Shown: positions 9,901-24,373 of the stretch, in pieces
How the letters are laid out: each line of letters begins with the position of its first letter
How positions within the stretch are numbered: the stretch's first letter is position 1
Source of the DNA: Strigamia acuminata
Lineage: Eukaryota
Length of the DNA: 64,000 nucleotides
NCBI GenBank assembly: GCA_949358305.1
Contig: OX442314.1
Span: 15,686,001 to 15,750,000, forward strand
Direction of reading: 5' to 3'
Notes under the pieces: generated by a model
Told to the model about the DNA's origin: nothing
What the model saw: only the letters and a program-made list of their open reading frames with translations
Database searches by the model: none
Program-made: the position numbers and the translations under genes

Positions 9901-12900
9901 TCCCTTGTTTTCTATGCATGCGCTATCGTTTTCCCTAAATATCATGGCCATCACTACGCGAATTGACTGTAACGAGAGTTTTTAGTTCTTTTGAAAGAAA
10001 AACTGAAATATCTAATCTCAAAACATCATTTGCGGAACAAAATACGCCCAATCCCTTTCCACCGAAAAATAAATCCCCGGAAATTTTAGACAAAACCAGT
10101 AATTGGAAAAGTTTTAATGACTTTCTGTTTTTATAAGTTTATTTATTTCTCTTCGAAATGAATACCGTAAAGGGAGCACAGATTCCACAGAAATAATAAA
10201 AACTACATTAAAACAGACCCGGATTAAAGCATCCTCAAAACAAGCAGCTGTTTCTAAGGCACGGCCCAGTACCTGAGAACTCCCAATGTGAGCCGTTAAA
10301 TATGTTGTGTGTGAGGCTCAGAAAATCTTAAATCGACCGTGGATTTAAAAAAAAAAAAAAAAAAAATCTGTGCAGCCGGCGCAGAGCCATCTTGTTGCGA
10401 AAGTGTGCGTTGATTGGCAGTTCACAATTAATTCTGCTTTTTCTACTAAAGTGGCGCTAAAGTACATTTCCACAAGTCAAGAATTATTAGTTGTCCGCTT
10501 TAACAGTTTGTTTGTAGATGTCATTACGTAAGAATGAATTTAAATTGCCATCAAAAAGTGGTATTTCATTATGCACAGAAGCCTGAAAGAAACCGTCTGA
10601 AGAAATAGTAATATAAAACCTTTCATATCTTCACTCCTAATCTAAACACTTAAAGAAGACAAATCGCAATTTTTCTAAACTTTTTATTAAATCTCTCCTT
10701 TTTTCCGATCCTAAGATAAGCCCGAACTTTTCTTCGTTCTTCGTTACCTGCTACACTATGGGACACTTTATCAGTTACAACCCAACCGAAAGATAAAAAT
10801 ATAAATTACAAACAAAATTATTCCCTTCTTATCTATTCCTAAATTGGACAATCCGACGCTTCCACGTGTTAAACACGTAGGTTTGGAGCAGTTAAACGCA
10901 GCGTTTATTTTACAAGCAGACAACACAGCGATGGTCGCCAATGTCAATCTTATCTGGGCCTAAACATAACAAAAAGAAATAAACTTCACTCCACGCCCTT
11001 ATCTCAAAGTTACTACCTATTGGCAACAGCCGACACAATTTTCCTTCCCAAGTCATTCTTATCTTTTCAACACAAGGGAGCATTCTATTCATAAACTGGA
11101 GACCTCCAGTGGCTTCGCCTCTTCTACCTTTCGATTATCGTTTGCAAAGAACTGGCAACCGTGGTGTGGGTGTCGTAATTGTCAATGGCAGCGCCATACA
11201 ACTCCACCTGCAGGCCAACTGAGGCCCATCTGATTTCACTAGACCTGATCCTTATGTGAGAAATGCCAACCCCTTTCTCCTTTTCCCTCTAACCCAGCTT
11301 CAATCCTGTTCAAGGGTCTGGAAAAGACGACTTTTCCAGCATTTCCATTCCCTCTAGACTATCTGGCAGTGTACTTGAACTGGGTGAAAATCGTCTTATT
11401 TCTCCATTCAATATGACAAAAATTTGACAAATATCTCTTCATTTCTCCCAAAAGACATTTCAAATCCCACTGAAAATAAATGATTCGCTGGAAATTCTGC
11501 GAGAAACTGCTCATTGCTCAAATATTTTCTCTATGTTAAATCTAAAACGTTTTGTTTAATTTATTAAGCGTTTACTGTTTTCTTTGTTTTCCTGTAAATT
11601 TTATTTCTTAAACTGCAGTTCGCGCCCGGTATCTTAATGCCGGGCTTCCCATTCTGCGCAGATCATTTCCTAATTCCTGTCTTTATTTACCAGTATTAAT
11701 ATTAGACCTGATAATGTTAAAAATAGAAGTAAATAAACAACAATAAACTCATTTATAAAAGCAATTATCAGCGTGGTACCAAAATATTGTTGCTTTATTT
11801 CCTGTGTGCAACAAGCTTGACAATTAAATGTGCAGTTTGAATTGGGCTTTCCTCTTTCCACATGTTATGTTATCGGAAAATAAATAATTTACAGTCGTTC
11901 ATTTACTTAGTGTCGTGAACATAATAATTATTTGAAAAACAACTGTCTCGTACTGAGTATCTTGTTCTTTTATATAAAGAAATCTATTTTTTGCCAATTT
12001 AAATACGTTTTTTAAAAAATATATAATTTATTTAGATTTGAATCAAGTCATTAATTCCTGTAAAAAAATAACAAGTCTGCAGAAAGTTGTTAAGCAATGT
12101 TGCAATGAAAAAAAAAATTGAAGCGTTGGGCCTTAATTTCTTTTTTATTACCTTTCTCTAAAAGAAAAAAATCTAGAAGGCAGTTCAATCTGCAATGTGA
12201 GTGAAAAAAGGATAGAGAAGAAAACTAGGTCCTTCTTACGATTCCGTAGAGCAGCTCTCATTGCTTCACCGGTAAGCCATCGGCATTTCCGTGACCATCT
12301 CATCACTGCCAATTGCGAGGGAAAAAGAAACTCAATAAGATAAGTTTTTTTCACCCCATCCCTTTTTTCAACTTATCCTTTTCAAGCCCGAGTGAAAAAA
12401 AACCTCACGTAATTGCTGAATTAATTGACACTGCTGTGATTTATAAATCCCAAATATAATTAATTTTTTTTATACTTTACGCCCGGTAGAGATAATTTTT
12501 TTTTAGTACCAATCAATTGAATTTACTTAAAAACAGTTGGACATAAAACATGATTGATGTTGAAATCTAAAATTTACTTCCCATAGAAAACCGAGCTATA
12601 AATTAAAATTTAAGCCTCACATTCAATCAAAATAGACATGTGATAGTTCTTTTCAATATTTCAAAAAAAAATAAAAGATTTTTGTCTCCGTAAGATTAAT
12701 TTCAAACTGAAAATCCAAGAAACGACGATCCTTTGTCATAACATAACAAAAAAAATCATTTCCTTACACGACAGCATCGTATTGGAACTGATCAAAGGCA
12801 TCATCATCCATTATTCGATGTACTTCCGCCAATTCTTTTATGCTATTTGCTTCCAAATCCAAATGATAATTATCTGCCTTTTTTCGTGTGTGCAAACTTA

Positions 12901-13439
12901 ACCAGAAAAAAAAATCTAATTAAGATAATTCTCTTCAAACTCAACTTTTCAGGTAGTGCTGATTCGAAATAAAAGATATTTGCCTTCCTAATCAAAAAAA
13001 GGGGATAAGATATGCAAGTACCCTACCCACAAAATTGTTTAGAAGTTGATGAGAACCCTTTAAAAAAAATCCGTGGCATCTCAAAGATGTGCTTGGCAAG
13101 CAACTCTCTTGCTCGCTTCTACTACGTTATGATGTCATTAATTCTAAGCACCATTCCGAAAGCCAATCTTTCCTGATGCTTGTAATTTTCAATCGATATT
13201 TCATTCCATGTAAAATACTTGAAAAGTTATTGAAAGAAGTTGAGCATGAGCTTTTGACTTGACATGAATCACCAACCAGTCTTTACAATTTAATTAAATC
13301 GTATTCCCACAACACACAGGAAAATAATGTAAAGCAGAATAGAACGTTCTGACCGTTGCATGTCGACGGAGATGTTTGATAAAATTGCAGATTTGCATTA
13401 TTCGTAAAGCTACAAGGCGTGGTTATGTACAAGTTTTTC

Positions 13440-13990
13440 TTTATGTAGGTTGGTCCAACTTTCTGGTTTAATAGTGATGGATACCGTTCAGCTTCTAATT
13501 GTCCATGTGTGACCAGCTGCCCCTTGCGCACTGATCACTGCCCTGCAGCGCAAGGCACTTGCCGAAGCTCTCACGCCTCTCGCGATTCCCCGCAACCAGG
13601 TGGAGCTGCGGGCCCTTGATTGTCCAATTGGGCCCCAAAAGTGACCCTTCCGGAAGTGGGTGAGCCCTGTAGCGACCAACGAGTTGTTGCACAGCCAGCA
13701 AGGCAAACGGTTGTATTCTGACCGTCTCCCAAACCTGATTGCGATGGCGACCCGACTGATCCGCGTGGCAACTCCGTCACCCGCCGGGACCTGAGTGTCC
13801 GTGTAAGTCGCGTCTGTCGTACGTTCTCCATGAACGTTACGACGGCGCGACCAAAATAGCAATACTGACCACATGTGTCGTGCGGTCAATGCCCGTTGTG
13901 CCACTCGATCTGAAAAGGGATGGCTGTTATGCAGCCATCGCATTGGGAAATACACTGGAAACACCATAAATCGCCTAGACAACAATAAAG
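13440..13990 (-). pseudogene. Ancient, degenerate Ty3/Gypsy pol fragment (RNase H end to integrase zinc-binding region)
   Basis: GC-rich island. LLSRRFMVFPVYFPMRWL resembles YLLGRxFxxxTDHxPLxWL, and HFRKGHFWGPIGQSRARSSTWLRGI...RCR resembles HxGHxG...RARxSxWWPGI...CxxC. Confidence 0.55.
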
Positions 13991-16900
13991 CCATATTATA
14001 TAACATAATACTTGTTTCTCTTGTATTTCAGGGTAGTTTTGATAGTGTGTGTTGCATCCAGCGCCTCGTGACCCTCCCCTCACCACGTGGTCTGAACACA
14101 GTAACACACACATAGGCCTCTATTACCATTACACACGGGTGCACAATTAGAAAATATACGACGGTAGTATAGTTTTTGTTTTTGTTTGTTTGTTTGTCTT
14201 TTTGCGTTTGATGTTAAGATGAAAATTGTATAAAATTAATTAAAATTTGTTTTCACTCATTTTTCACTAGCTGCATTAGAAATGTCGTTTACATTATAGA
14301 TGTAAATTTTGTTTCTGTTTGATCTGGTCCGCTTAATTAGAGAGTTTTATCGTTTTTAAATGTTTTCCATTTAAAAAGCCATTAAACAACTTATAGCGCA
14401 TAAATGGCTGTCTAAAAATAAAATTTTGACTGCTTTGAAAGAAGATAACTCTTCAAATGCATATACTCTTTTCTTAACTTACAATTTTTATCTTTTTTTA
14501 GAAAAAAAAAATCCAACTTCACATCAATCAAGAATGAAAACACAATCGTACTGAAATTGACCAAGCACGCTGATAAATGACCAAACCAAATAAAAAATAT
14601 CTTTTGGAAATCCGCACGCAACAGTACAGCTTGCATCGCATTAAATTTCTTCCGAATACAATGCATACTTTTTATTTAGAGGTTGTCTGCCGTAACAAAC
14701 TGAATTCTCCACAGTCATCCAATGACGGAGATCATAAATATTTAGATGATGTTTTAATCGTATGGCGAAGGGAGTGTCCAATACTGGTGTAAAATAGTAG
14801 AGATAATTACAAACAACAGATAAAATGACTTTTGCACTTCATTAATTGGCTAAGTGGTTTGTTTAAGTTGATGGTGCAATGGCTAACCTCGAGCGTGGAC
14901 ATATTTCACCGTGATAGTCATTTGATCGATCCTACAAGTACAACCAGTGGTTTTGATTTCGACGAGCACTGACCACAAATGGCAGTCCAATTTATTGACT
15001 CCATAGATGAAGCTGTCACTAACACACAATGTTCTTTTAATAAACTTGTTTATATGAAATAGGGAGACAAAAAATCGTCATCTTCCTAGTTCCTACAGTT
15101 TTCTGCATTAATTTTTTTTTAGCTGCACTTTTTTGTTGCTCAAACATAATTAAGTGGTTCGAGAAACGGGGATTAGAATTTCCAGGAAAGAAAAAAATCT
15201 AAAGCTTGCAAACTTTGAAAAATAAATGAAGTTACCACCGGGATGACAGAATTCCTTTACACGTAAATTGCTTTTTAGAAAAAAAAAGAAAAGAAAATCC
15301 CAACATTTTTCAAGTACAATGAATGATACATGAATTATAAATAAAAAAATAAATAAATAAATAACATGACTAGACGATTTTCATTTTCATTTCATTTTAA
15401 GAACTTCTTTGCAAATTGAAAAACTATCGACCCAGCTTTTGTCTTTACGTGAACCGAAAAAAAAGATGACAAAAAAAACCAACTAATCAATTCTTTGAAA
15501 AAGTGTCAGACATCATTTGCATTAATTCAAACGAAGCACAACAAAATCAAATATCTATCGGAAACATTCAAAACTTGTCTTAAATAACCAACACGCGTGT
15601 GATTGACAGTAAACTAAGCCTCGAGAGTGACACTGATGTACTAACACTCGCAACAGCCATTTTCCAATATGGCAAAGTGCCATCATGCTGTTTATGCACC
15701 CATAACATCGAAGGAAACAGGTGGCCAGATACAATACTTTTATGGTCAATAAGTTAACCACAACATGGGCCAAGGAAGAAATGACAACAAGAGAAAAATG
15801 AGGCCACTTTTGACAACGCTCCAAGCTCAAGTCCCTCCTTAATGTTCGACTTTAAGCTCGAAATAAGTGAGTGGATGTTTTTCTATACGAGCTTCAGAAA
15901 TTGTAATATAAACTCGTTCCATTAACGTTTAATACGAGCTAAGCTTTAAGAAACTATTCTTCCTACACCATTACCAATAAAACTTTAAATGGATACTCTC
16001 GCCAAAAACATCACACGTGTTCTATGTCGTGTGACTAACAAAGAAAAACCAGCATTCTCATTGGAATACGCCAATGTCGAGTCAAGTAACAAACCAAACA
16101 ACATTGAAAAACGTTGCATCCAAATGACTGCTTCATACAAACAAGTCTACGCTACACCGTCCCTCCAATACAAACAAACGTACACTAACAGTTGAAAGCC
16201 ATGACCATTTTTTGCTCACTGCTAGTCCTAATGGAATGGTCTTAATAGCTTACGTTTCTAATTTTAAAAAGAAGAAAAAAAGATTTTCCGAAAAAATAAA
16301 GTACAAATTTAAGTGCTCTATAGTTTTTAAACATTTGGAATGGAACTGTCCCCATTCTGTCCTTTAGTACTAAGTTAAGATTCTATCAGCTTAGCACAGA
16401 TTTCATTTATTATTGATTTTGATTTATTGCACTCAATTTATACTATTACGTTATCTACGCAGCAATTACTTTTAAAAATACAAAAATGATCGACTATAAA
16501 TCATCCCAAGAGTTCTTTCCGATGATAATAGACAAATTTCGAATTATATATTTAATGAAGTGGAGTGAAATCGTAAGTGCGTTCAAATTAGTTACAGTAA
16601 GATAACCTAGTTTTACTTTTAGCATTTGTTTAACCAACTTGATAAGAATATTATTAAATGCAACATAAATATACCTTTAAATGAGCTAAGATGCAGAATT
16701 TTTATTTTAGAAATTTCAATGCCATCAACTTAGAAGTTGACAGTGAGACAATCCTATAATCCTCAAAAAGAAAAAAATGCATCAATTTGTGTGCATTTGC
16801 ATAAAAAAAAGAAAATTTTTAAGACTAAAATTTATAAATTCACTGTAAAAAAACTCACAAGAAAGCAAGCCTTAAATTCTCACTTTTCTAGAATTTATAA

Positions 16901-19512
16901 AAAAAAAAATAACTAAATGATATAATTCAATACCAGACGAGAGAATAATGCAGGTGCGTTGTTTCTTCTGGGAAAGGCACACGATTTTGCATTTAAGTAA
17001 TTATAAAAGAAAAAAATCTTGATTACATACTTTAAAAAAATATACATTTTCAAAGTTTTCAACTAAACAAGTAAGTAACAACGACGAAACAAAAAAAGCT
17101 AAACTGCAACAACTAATCTGCAAATCCTTACATTTCCCTTGTGCACCACAAGTCCAAATGCTAAAACTTTATTTTAACTTTCAAATGCAGCAACCTAAGC
17201 CAACCTTGTGTCATTTTTTACTCTTTTCCAAGCTTTTAACTAGCAAATAAGTGCGTTACATTGTGTTTTATTAAATTAAGTAATCTTATAAACCTCGGCT
17301 AACAAATTTAATAAATACCCTTCGAGAAAAGATGTTTTATAGATTAAAATTTAAATTTACCCCAGCAAGGCCTTACGAAATGGTTAAATGAATGACTTAA
17401 AGCCACATAATTTGCACCGTTGAATTCTGTGCAAATCTCCAAATTTAGGTATTAAAAACTTATTGTTCAGAAAGTTTTAAAACTCTAATTATGTTTGCAG
17501 ACGTCTTTCCCGCATGGCATTAACTAATTAGCAGCCAAAATACCCACAAATCTACCAACAAAGAAATTAATTCATTCACGCATTAAGTAATTAATTATTA
17601 TTAAAAAATTACGTATTAGCACAATTACTGTAGGCATGTAAAACTCGTGGTGAATGATGAAACACGATTTACTGATCGCCATTACATATCAAAATTCGAT
17701 ATTAAAACGATATTAAAAGGATACAACAACGATAAAAACGATATAAAATAAAATTAGGTTTCAATTTCCACAATTACATAATTTGTAATACTATTAAGCT
17801 TCAAAATATTATTTGAGAAGTTCTTTAAAACTTTATAAAAAGCAATGGTCGGATTTAAGTGAAGGAAAAAAAAATAGAAAAGAAGAAAGCAGAAGAAAAA
17901 GGAAGAAGAAAAAACTGCCTTTAATAAAGGCATATATAACCTATTTTCGAACCTCGCGAAGAAACAGGTCTAATATCGCCAAACAACCCTGCAGTTTCGG
18001 GTTCCAATGCTGCATGGAGATAGCTGCTTACAACTAAGACTGCGCAGCTTAGATGCCAGATGCATCCATCCATCCATCTCTAACTTCTAGAAGTCGTTTA
18101 CTCACTTGCATCCTTCGAGTCTGAAAGTTTCCACACCTGTGACTCTTTTAACAGTCTTCTATTCTAAAACTTAGCGAGATACAGACAAATCAAATACAAT
18201 TTCTAAAACCATTTTTAAAACTTTTTAAATGTAATTTTGTGTCTCTCACACACACTCTCTCTAAATTTTAACCGTAGATCAGACACTTGCAGTAAATACT
18301 GGCCAATTTTTCACCGTGTTTGTCTTTTAGCCAAAGCTTAGCGAATTGAGATTCATATCAGCTTCGCCGCCTTCTGTCAATTCTCACACACACTTTATGA
18401 TGTCATAAAATGGTACATCCCGTCTGCGTTGGATTTTAAAATTCATCACTCTTCCTCAGATTTATTGCCATCAGATACAATCAAAGGATAACCTCCAACT
18501 CTAAAATAGCGGCTAATATGAAGCATTTGACAGCGACTTATGGGTCCGAGAAATTGTGATGAACGTCTAAAACGTGGCCAAACTTTAAATGCCGCTTATT
18601 CCGTGATTACATCCGAGAAAATGACCATTAAACAACACAAGTTGGCTCTAAGTATCAATTGTAAACTTTCCTATCCTACTATATACTTTAAATATAATGA
18701 TCAAGCATTATATATTAAAACTAACACCTCCAGACTTTCACCAGATGCTGCATTTCCCACCACTATCTAAGCCTGATGCATCCCGAACCCAATTTTCAAC
18801 ACTTCTCTTTAAGCAATTGCCTACTGGAGGGCAAATATTGAGGAGCACAAGGATCATAAAAAATATTCTCAACCGTTTACGTTTAAATTTGAAATGCTTC
18901 TCCTCTTTCTGTATACGGAATGAGAAGAAGAAAAAAAATTGCTTCTTCTTCTTCCGAACTGGCTTAAAGTTGCTTCGAAAATCCTTCAATTAGTAGTTTA
19001 TTTGGAATGCGTGAAGCTTTTCAAAACTCAACTCACATCTCAAACTCGCTCCGCGTCATGAGGGGAATCACATTTAATCTCAATTCATTCCTCACGTCTT
19101 GTTGAGATTGGTCAAGCGAACAAATCGAAATCTGTGACGTCTTCAATTAAAAAGATGGAAGGAAGAGTGAAGCATACTCAACAGGACACTTCTTTAAACT
19201 TTAATTAAGGCGCCTGCCATGCGCAAGGGAAAGGGATTTAGTGCACAAGTTTCATGCTGCTTGAACATCAGCCTTCTCCATATTTTTCTTAATTTTTTCC
19301 CACTTTTCCAAATACGTTACACTTGTGCTAGGATGAAAAATAAATCTACTTATTCAAATATATTTGGCACACACGCACCATTACTCTCCCACGCGCTAAT
19401 TGGAGTCCGCACAACAACCCCAAGTGAAATACCGTATGAAAAGAAAAAAATTCGATATACTGTAAATGAAATTTTTTTTTTGTCCTTAATTTGGCTTATA
19501 GATCAAAACACT

Positions 19513-20243
19513 AGGCGCATTCGAAAAGTAATTTGCACTAAACGACCAGTGCAACTGGTAGTGTAAATTTCAAGTTAAACGACCCAATTTTCGAGTTTCA
19601 AAATAAATTTCTGTGTAAAATTCAGTAGTGTAAATTCAAGTGTAAATATTAAATTAGTCCAAATAATAACCATAGTCATTATTGTTGTTGTTTACTCTAA
19701 AAAAAAAACAGGAGATTATAAAAACATGATTATAAAATGTAAATTTATTTTAATTATTTGTATTATTAATATTTATTTCCGAACGGGAATCGGCTGAACA
19801 TCCGCCTCAATCGCACAAATGCGGCCGAACACCGGCCGCATCAGATCGCACAAACGCGGCCGAACGTCGGCCGAACGTCGGCCGCATTCGATTGTACAAA
19901 TGCGGCCGAACGTCGGTCGAACGTCGGCCGTATTCGATCGTACAAATGCGGTCGAACATCGGCCGCATTCGATCGCAAGAATGCGGCTAATACCTGCTAA
20001 AAAATTGTTCTTGCGATCGACATCGTTCCAACCGATCTAACGAAAATCCAAGATGGCTGCCAGCAAGACCCGATTTCAACGAGAAAACTCGTTGCACGGA
20101 GATTTTAAACGGAAACGTGGCGTACAGGCCGTTTCCGTTTAACCAGTTTACACGACATTTACACGAATTAATTCGTGTAAATGTCGTGTGAAAACGAGTG
20201 TAAACACGTTTACACTCGTTTTAATGACTTTTCGAATGCGCCT
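19513..20243. mobile_element. ~730-bp non-autonomous TIR element with an internal GC-rich minisatellite
   Basis: AGGCGCATTCGAAAAGT...ACTTTTCGAATGCGCCT. Flanks read as a 3-bp TSD ACT (or TA if the ends are 1 bp shorter). Internal tandem units ~CATTCGATCGCACAAATGCGGCCGAACGTCGGCCG at ~19795-19990. Confidence 0.8.
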
Positions 20244-22215
20244 ACTAAACAAGTGTTGTTGTCTAGTGCTAAATGCACTGTGAAATAGCAATTTGGTCGG
20301 TATTTCATGTATTTCATACTACATTTAGCACTAAATGTCTGGTACAGTAACAAATAGTACAGCGAACCCCTAAATATCCACGCCACACTGTCAGACCCAC
20401 ATACAATTGAAAAAAAATCACTAATTGAAATCTACACAACAATCGTGCTTTTTACACACACATTTAATTAATTGAAGATATAAATTTCCAATCGTTTAAC
20501 ATTTATTGAAATGTTTGTGTACAGATGGCCTTTCTTACACGATTTGAACTCGGACGTACGTTACTTCACCACAACGTTTCGCTTTAAATACCCACAGGCA
20601 CAGACAGCAATATCGTACGATTTTTCCAAGTAACTAAAACCCAGCTTTAATAATAAAAAAAAAAATTTAATTCTGCGATCAACGAATAAAAGGACTTTTC
20701 TTAGAACAATGCAAAATACATATCTAAATTACTCTTTGCCGACGATATACTATCAGCTTAAAAAATTCCAATATACGAGAATTCCCAAGTCACCTTTGAC
20801 AAAACATTGTTGTTTCAACAGCATGATTGAAAAATTCTAATTAAAAAGTTAATCCAAAAGATAACCTTTAAGTTCGCTGTGCCGTTCACTGGAGGATTCC
20901 AATTTGTCAATATGAATAGCAAAGTCACTACTATCTTTTACTCAATGTCAAAACAGAACTACAGATTTATAAACATCTTGGTGATCGATTGTTGTTAACC
21001 TGCACCAAAAAGCAATCAGTCGTGAAGATAACATTAGCATAGAAATAGAAAAGAACAAAACCATTCCCGTATTAATATGAATTAAGAAATGATAAATAAT
21101 AAATTGAAAAAATAATAATAAACCCCAATTTGATTACTTCAATTTGAGGACTGGCTGAACGTTAGACAATTTCGTACTTCATCCAATTTTATTCCTTCTT
21201 TCTCTTTCTCCGAATCGACTGATTGAAAGCAGGCACACACTCGCATACATCACTAGCTGTAGTTGCCAAAAGGAGACTCGAGATCTCACTATTAGACGCC
21301 TGTAGGCCATGGTATCGAAAGTACACCGGAAAACTGTTGAGAGATTGAAGTATGATTTACGACCTGCATCGACGAAAAATCTTTGACTCAGTCGCCGTAA
21401 AAATGCAGCGAATTTGCCATAGCAATCTAAACCAATCGTTCAAGAAATTCCATCTTGGATACTAGAAAAATAAAATAACTAAGAGTTCGCTTCCCAAATT
21501 TTCCCTACTTGGACCTAAATAAAATTGCTATTTGCGAATGTGAGTATATTTTAAACGGTCACACTTTAATGACAATGATTGAGGCGAGAGGATGTTGGTG
21601 ATGCCAGTGGTTACTATGTGTGTCGTTAGAAGTGACAGTCTTTCCACTACACTAGCCAAACAAACTCCGTTCGCTTAACGACTGCAATAAAGCACGCAAG
21701 CGTCAGAAGTTAGTGAGCAAGTCATAATCAATGAGGCTTAGGTATAATTAGGGGTTTGTCCACCGAGAAAAGCATCACAAAATCCTCTGCCCGCTCATGC
21801 TTTCTCAAATTCTAATGAGATTGACGAGAAAATTTGACATTTTCTTACGACGCCTTATAAAGAGTGACTGGATCGAATGGATTATAAACTTAATTAGTTT
21901 TTTATTGAGTTTCAAGAGCTTTTAAGAAACGATAATAAAATTGTATAATCAAATTTAATCCTTTTTATCAGTTTTACTACCGAACCTGATGTTACAACTA
22001 CAAGAAAATGGAAGAAATTTGTTCGTGACAGTGCGAGTATTTGAGATAACATTTACATAGTCGATTATATGTCACTTTTATCCAGAAATGGCTTCGTTTA
22101 TTATCAAAGATAATTAATTAAATTCCAGGTGGTATTAACTGTTTATGTTCCAAGACTAAATTTCTCTAAATTAGCAAAGTAAAAGTTGCTTCATTCTATA
22201 AGTAAAGTAAATAAA

Positions 22216-22986
22216 TAGAACAGTCATTTGCGAGGGGTGCGACAATCAGAATCTGCTTGTCAGAGATTCGAATCTTCTTTGGGATTCGAAAGATTCGGAT
22301 GGGATTCGGAAAGATTCGGAAAGATTCGGGGGATTCGGCTGGGATTCGGGGGGATTCGGATAGATTCGGGGGATTCGGGGGGATTCGAATGAGATTCGGG
22401 GAGATTCGGATGGGATTTGGTGGGATTCGGCGGGATTCGGTGGGATTCGGATGGGATTCAGAAAGATTCATATGATTTTTTTCAAATAAATTTAGTGAAG
22501 TGGAAATTTTTTTAATTTTAATTTTAACTCTAGTGAAATGTGGTAAAATACGAGGTAAAATAACACGCAATCAAATGCAATCACAATTGCGAACAATGAT
22601 GAATTCCGGGCTCGATTCCGGGATTAATTTGAAGTTCGCGCTAAATCATAAATGCGCATGCGCAGATACCGCGCAGCGAGGTGCGCAGGTATAATTTCTT
22701 CCGATGATGATTTTACTGATGATTTTACGGACAATTTCAAGGACAATTTCAAGGAAGTTTCTTGTAAAAATATTATTACATTTTTTAATCATAAATTTTG
22801 TTTTTATTTTTCTCGATTTGTATACAACTTAAAGATTCGAGATTCGAAGATTCGGTGGGATTCGGAAAGATTCGGGTGGGATTCGGAAAGATTCGGGTGG
22901 GATTCGGAAAGATTCGGGCGGGATTCGGAAGCCATTGTCAGAGATTCGGTCGAATGTCGCCCCCCTCGGTCATTTGTTTGTTCGTA
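22216..22986. mobile_element. Degenerate TIR element carrying two GATTCGG-based tandem arrays (~22263-22470 and ~22833-22950)
   Basis: Imperfect inverted ends GAACA..CGAGGGGTGCGACA / TGTCGCCCCCCTCG..TGTTCGTA; 10/11-bp GATTCGG repeats. Confidence 0.7.
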
Positions 22987-24114
22987 CCCACTTCCCCATG
23001 AGAAGAATTCTTTTCGTGCCGCAGTCAACGAAAATGGAGTGTGGAAGATTCCTTGTAACTCCTAGGAGCATATTTTCATTACCTACAGAAAACCCGTTCT
23101 TTTCCTTCAAAATAGAGCAGCTTTATACACGATTACAATTTTTTCACCAATCCAAAGCAATTTTAGCAACATTTCGTTTTTTTGTTTTACATGCAATGCA
23201 CGTGGGTCGTTTTTAAAATAAATCTCGAGGTATTTCAAGTCCCATTTCTAGTATTAACTCAAGGTCTAATGTTCCCGTGCACTAAACTCCACTGAATTTT
23301 AAAACAAGCACACAAAGACTTTTTTAAAAAAATACCTTAATTCAAATGCAAAATGTCGTGACACAAGAATAATTTTTTCGGCTATTTCCCATCCCTTTCC
23401 AACGTTCTCCACCCATAAACGTGCAAATTCGTCAGCAATTACAGAAAATTGCTGAATCATGACTTTGCATATTATACGTCATTGCAGTTACGTAAATTAG
23501 AAAACGAAAATAAGAAAGAAAGAAAAACTAATCTGATAATTAAAATTTCAAGGTAAATGAACACATTCATAAGCAATTATGATCCAAAATCTAATTCATA
23601 CGGCCTCTTTAAAAAACCGCTAAGAATTCAATACTTTCATCTTGAAATGCAATGCGAAATAAATCATATAGGTACGTTTCTTCCACTTAAATTATAATTC
23701 TAATCATTGTGGTTCGTTTCGTTTGCATGAGATTGTCTCTTTTGTGAAATGTTTTCGTTCCCATAGAAACCAAACCATGAAATTAAAATACACAAAACAA
23801 AATTTGAACTACATCCGCAGTTGAGTTCCTACAACTAACGATTTTATCAATTTGTTTGTTTATATATTCCCTTATCTCCATGACATCTTTAATAACCGAG
23901 TTTAAAATGTCAATTGCAAAGTTAATCAGATCTCAAACCCATACTCGTTCAAAAATTCAATTCCTAACAACTATTATTAGCAAAAAAAACAGTAGGTATT
24001 TTTATAAATATTTGGAACATTCAAATGTACTTACTTTTAATCATAATATTTATTTCAATGTATTCTGATCAATTTTATCTGGTCGCAAACTCAAAACTAC
24101 AAAAATAAATAATA

Positions 24115-24373
24115 CCGTATTTTACCGAATAAGAGTCGCCCTCGAATTGTAGCCGCCCTCGAATAGTAGCCGCGGCCGAGATAGGCGACTTGATATAAGA
24201 GCCGCCCTCGATTAGTAGCCGCGGCTATATACGTTCAATAAACGTAATAGTTAGATATTGGCCACTATTTAAAATAAGAGCCGCCCCCGAATTGGAGCCG
24301 CCCCCGAATTAAAGCCGCAGCTCAAAGTGGTAGTTTTGAATAAGAGCCGCGGCTCTTATTTGGTAAAATACGG
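24115..24373. mobile_element. Tc2/pogo-like MITE, TA TSD
   Basis: TA|CCGTATTTTACCGAATAAGAG ... CTCTTATTTGGTAAAATACGG|TA; internal GAATxxxAGCCGCCC repeats. Confidence 0.9.

Noticed and set aside
22196..23065. Repetitive ORFs on both strands
   Set aside because: Products of stop-free GATTCGG tandem arrays.
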